From an uncultured Candidatus Saccharibacteria bacterium (GTDB lineage Bacteria; Patescibacteriota; Minisyncoccia; Sungbacterales; SURF-37): 36,229 bases of DNA. Positions 33,172 to 36,229 of the stretch are shown piece after piece. Where the stretch lies: the NCBI GenBank assembly GCA_964361655.1, contig CAYIBD010000002.1, positions 1 through 36,229 on the forward strand, given 5' to 3'. A program made the position numbers and the translations under genes. The notes under the pieces were generated by a model. That model was not told the origin of the DNA. It did no database searches and was given only the letters and a program-made list of their open reading frames with translations. Position 1 is the stretch's first letter, and each line of letters begins with the position of its first letter.

Positions 33172-33426
33172 CTAGCTCGGAAGGCTGTGTTTGGCGCGAA
33201 GTTTTTCGAAATGCTTCTGCAACTGTTCGTGCCGCTCTTGAACTTCTTTTCGTCCCGATCCTTCACAGGCAGGGCAGGTGGCGTAGATGCTGTGTGTGAG
33301 TGCGCACCCCACCGATATCTGTCCCATACCCTCGCATTCTGTGCACTGTGCCTCCTTCGGGATTGAGGCCTGCTGCGTGCGCATCCCTTTCTCAAGCAGG
33401 ATCGTCTGCGTGAAGTCCATTTGCAT
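33172..33426 (-). CDS. Small protein with two DnaJ-type CxxCxGxG zinc-finger motifs
   Basis: I set the start at the ATG at 33426, preceded by GAAGGGGGG. The listed longer ORF would overlap the uvrB 3' end. The motifs are CTECEGMG and CPACEGSG, with a basic helical tail (84 aa in total). Confidence 0.55.
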   Translation of the reverse strand: MQMDFTQTILLEKGMRTQQASIPKEAQCTECEGMGQISVGCALTHSIYATCPACEGSGRKEVQERHEQLQKHFEKLRAKHSLPS

Positions 33427-33466
33427 CCCCCCTTCATGGGGAAGGTAGCACACTCTGGATATATAA

Positions 33467-35560
<2,094 letters not shown>

Positions 35561-35603
35561 ATACGGTAAAGGTGAGCAGCTTCAATCTCCGACTGGGGAG
35601 GGC

Positions 35604-35990
35604 ATGATGGATCTGGTCAGTTTTGTTCTCTATTTCGTTCTCGGCGGCCGGCTCATTCCCAACGAGGTAACCATCCCGCTGAATGTAGCCGTGTGGGCCT
35701 TCTTCGGGGTCGTACTCTGCGGTCTGATCACCGAGCTCGCAGACAAGGCCGGCTTCCGCTATCCACTCGCCTACGGGATCGCGGTGGCCGTTATGCCGCC
35801 AGTTGGACTGCCGATTTTTCTCACGCTCCGCAAGCGGGTCGCCTTTGACCACCGCGGGCTCTGCCTCCGCCGCTGGGGCTACCGCGCGGCGATCGTGGCG
35901 GTCATTATCTTAGCGCTCCTCGAGTTCATGTTCGTCCCAGGTCCTGGTCCGACAGCAAACCCGCCGCGGCCTACCCCGTTGACGTTCTAG
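35604..35990 (+). CDS. Small integral membrane protein, unknown function
   Basis: I set the start at the ATG at 35604, preceded by GGGGAGGGC. The listed 35526 start would overlap the uvrB start. It has three to four hydrophobic helices and a Pro-rich C-terminus. Confidence 0.5.
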   Translation: MMDLVSFVLYFVLGGRLIPNEVTIPLNVAVWAFFGVVLCGLITELADKAGFRYPLAYGIAVAVMPPVGLPIFLTLRKRVAFDHRGLCLRRWGYRAAIVAVIILALLEFMFVPGPGPTANPPRPTPLTF

Positions 35991-36004
35991 CCCCACGGCG
36001 CTCC

Positions 36005-36032
36005 AGGATCGGCTCGGCCGATCCTTTTTTTA
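36005..36032 (+). terminator. Intrinsic terminator
   Basis: AGGATCGGC-TCG-GCCGATCCT followed by TTTTTTATT. Confidence 0.75.
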
Positions 36033-36062
36033 TTGCGGCACGCGAAGTAAGATGAACCTATT

Positions 36063-36229
36063 ATGATAAGCGCGCTCGAGGGTGCGGTGGAATTGAAAGG
36101 CGAGCGGGCGGTAGTGCTGGCTACGGCCGGTGGAGTTTCGTACCGCGTCTTCCTCAATCCCGCCGCCATCCGCAAAATAACAGAAAGAGGGCAAAAAATC
36201 GACCCTTCGACCCCGCTCCGGGTAAAGCT
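36063..36229 (+). CDS. ruvA: Holliday junction DNA helicase RuvA (N-terminal fragment; runs off the right edge)
   Basis: Hand translation from the ATG at 36063 gives MISALEGAVELKGERAVVLATAGGVSYRVFLNPAAIRKI... The frame is open to the window end. This matches the RuvA OB-fold N-terminus pattern (MI-x-x-L-x-G-x-(6-8)-V-x-(5-6)-GVGY-x-V). It is absent from the ORF track because no stop lies in the window. Confidence 0.75.
   Translation, partial: MISALEGAVELKGERAVVLATAGGVSYRVFLNPAAIRKITERGQKIDPSTPLRVK

Overview
This is a high-GC bacterial chromosomal window with visible compositional heterogeneity. Hand counts of single 60-nt lines give 40-48% GC in uvrB and dnaN, 67% in polA and 78% in the Pro-rich gene. 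It covers the replication-origin neighbourhood: rpmH-rnpA-yidD-yidC-jag on the minus strand, then dnaA and dnaN on the plus strand with an AT-rich spacer between them. The gene content suggests a small-genome Patescibacteria/CPR-like organism: a short YidC, a T4SS-type pilin, a PrgI/VirB4/VirB6-like operon and an orphan PilB-like ATPase. That attribution is inference only, because no rRNA gene is present. Translation follows the standard code, with TGA used as a stop. Housekeeping genes I recognise are a class A PBP, tyrS, yebC-ruvC, ruvB, tsaE, polA, holA, rpsT, uvrB and the 5' end of ruvA. The non-routine content is as follows. (1) A nine-gene T4SS-like operon occupies 2..9076, with its first gene truncated at the left edge. 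It includes a stand-alone VirB4-N-domain paralogue, a Pro-rich protein, a triple-repeat secreted protein and a TolB-like propeller, but no coupling protein or relaxase. (2) A convergent, translationally coupled three-gene operon of unknown function lies at 9293..11858, and two of its products share a C-terminal VHGLF...RR tail. (3) A consensus sigma70-type promoter drives a roughly 320-nt gene-free, highly structured region at 23942..24297, which is a candidate novel ncRNA. (4) A 129-nt in-frame insertion with a palindromic core sits inside uvrB. (5) A DHH-fold protein with all catalytic motifs replaced lies next to the PilB-like ATPase. (6) A DUF4258/DUF2283-like toxin-antitoxin pair is wedged directly upstream of rpsT. 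I recognised no rRNA, tRNA, CRISPR array, transposase or integrase.
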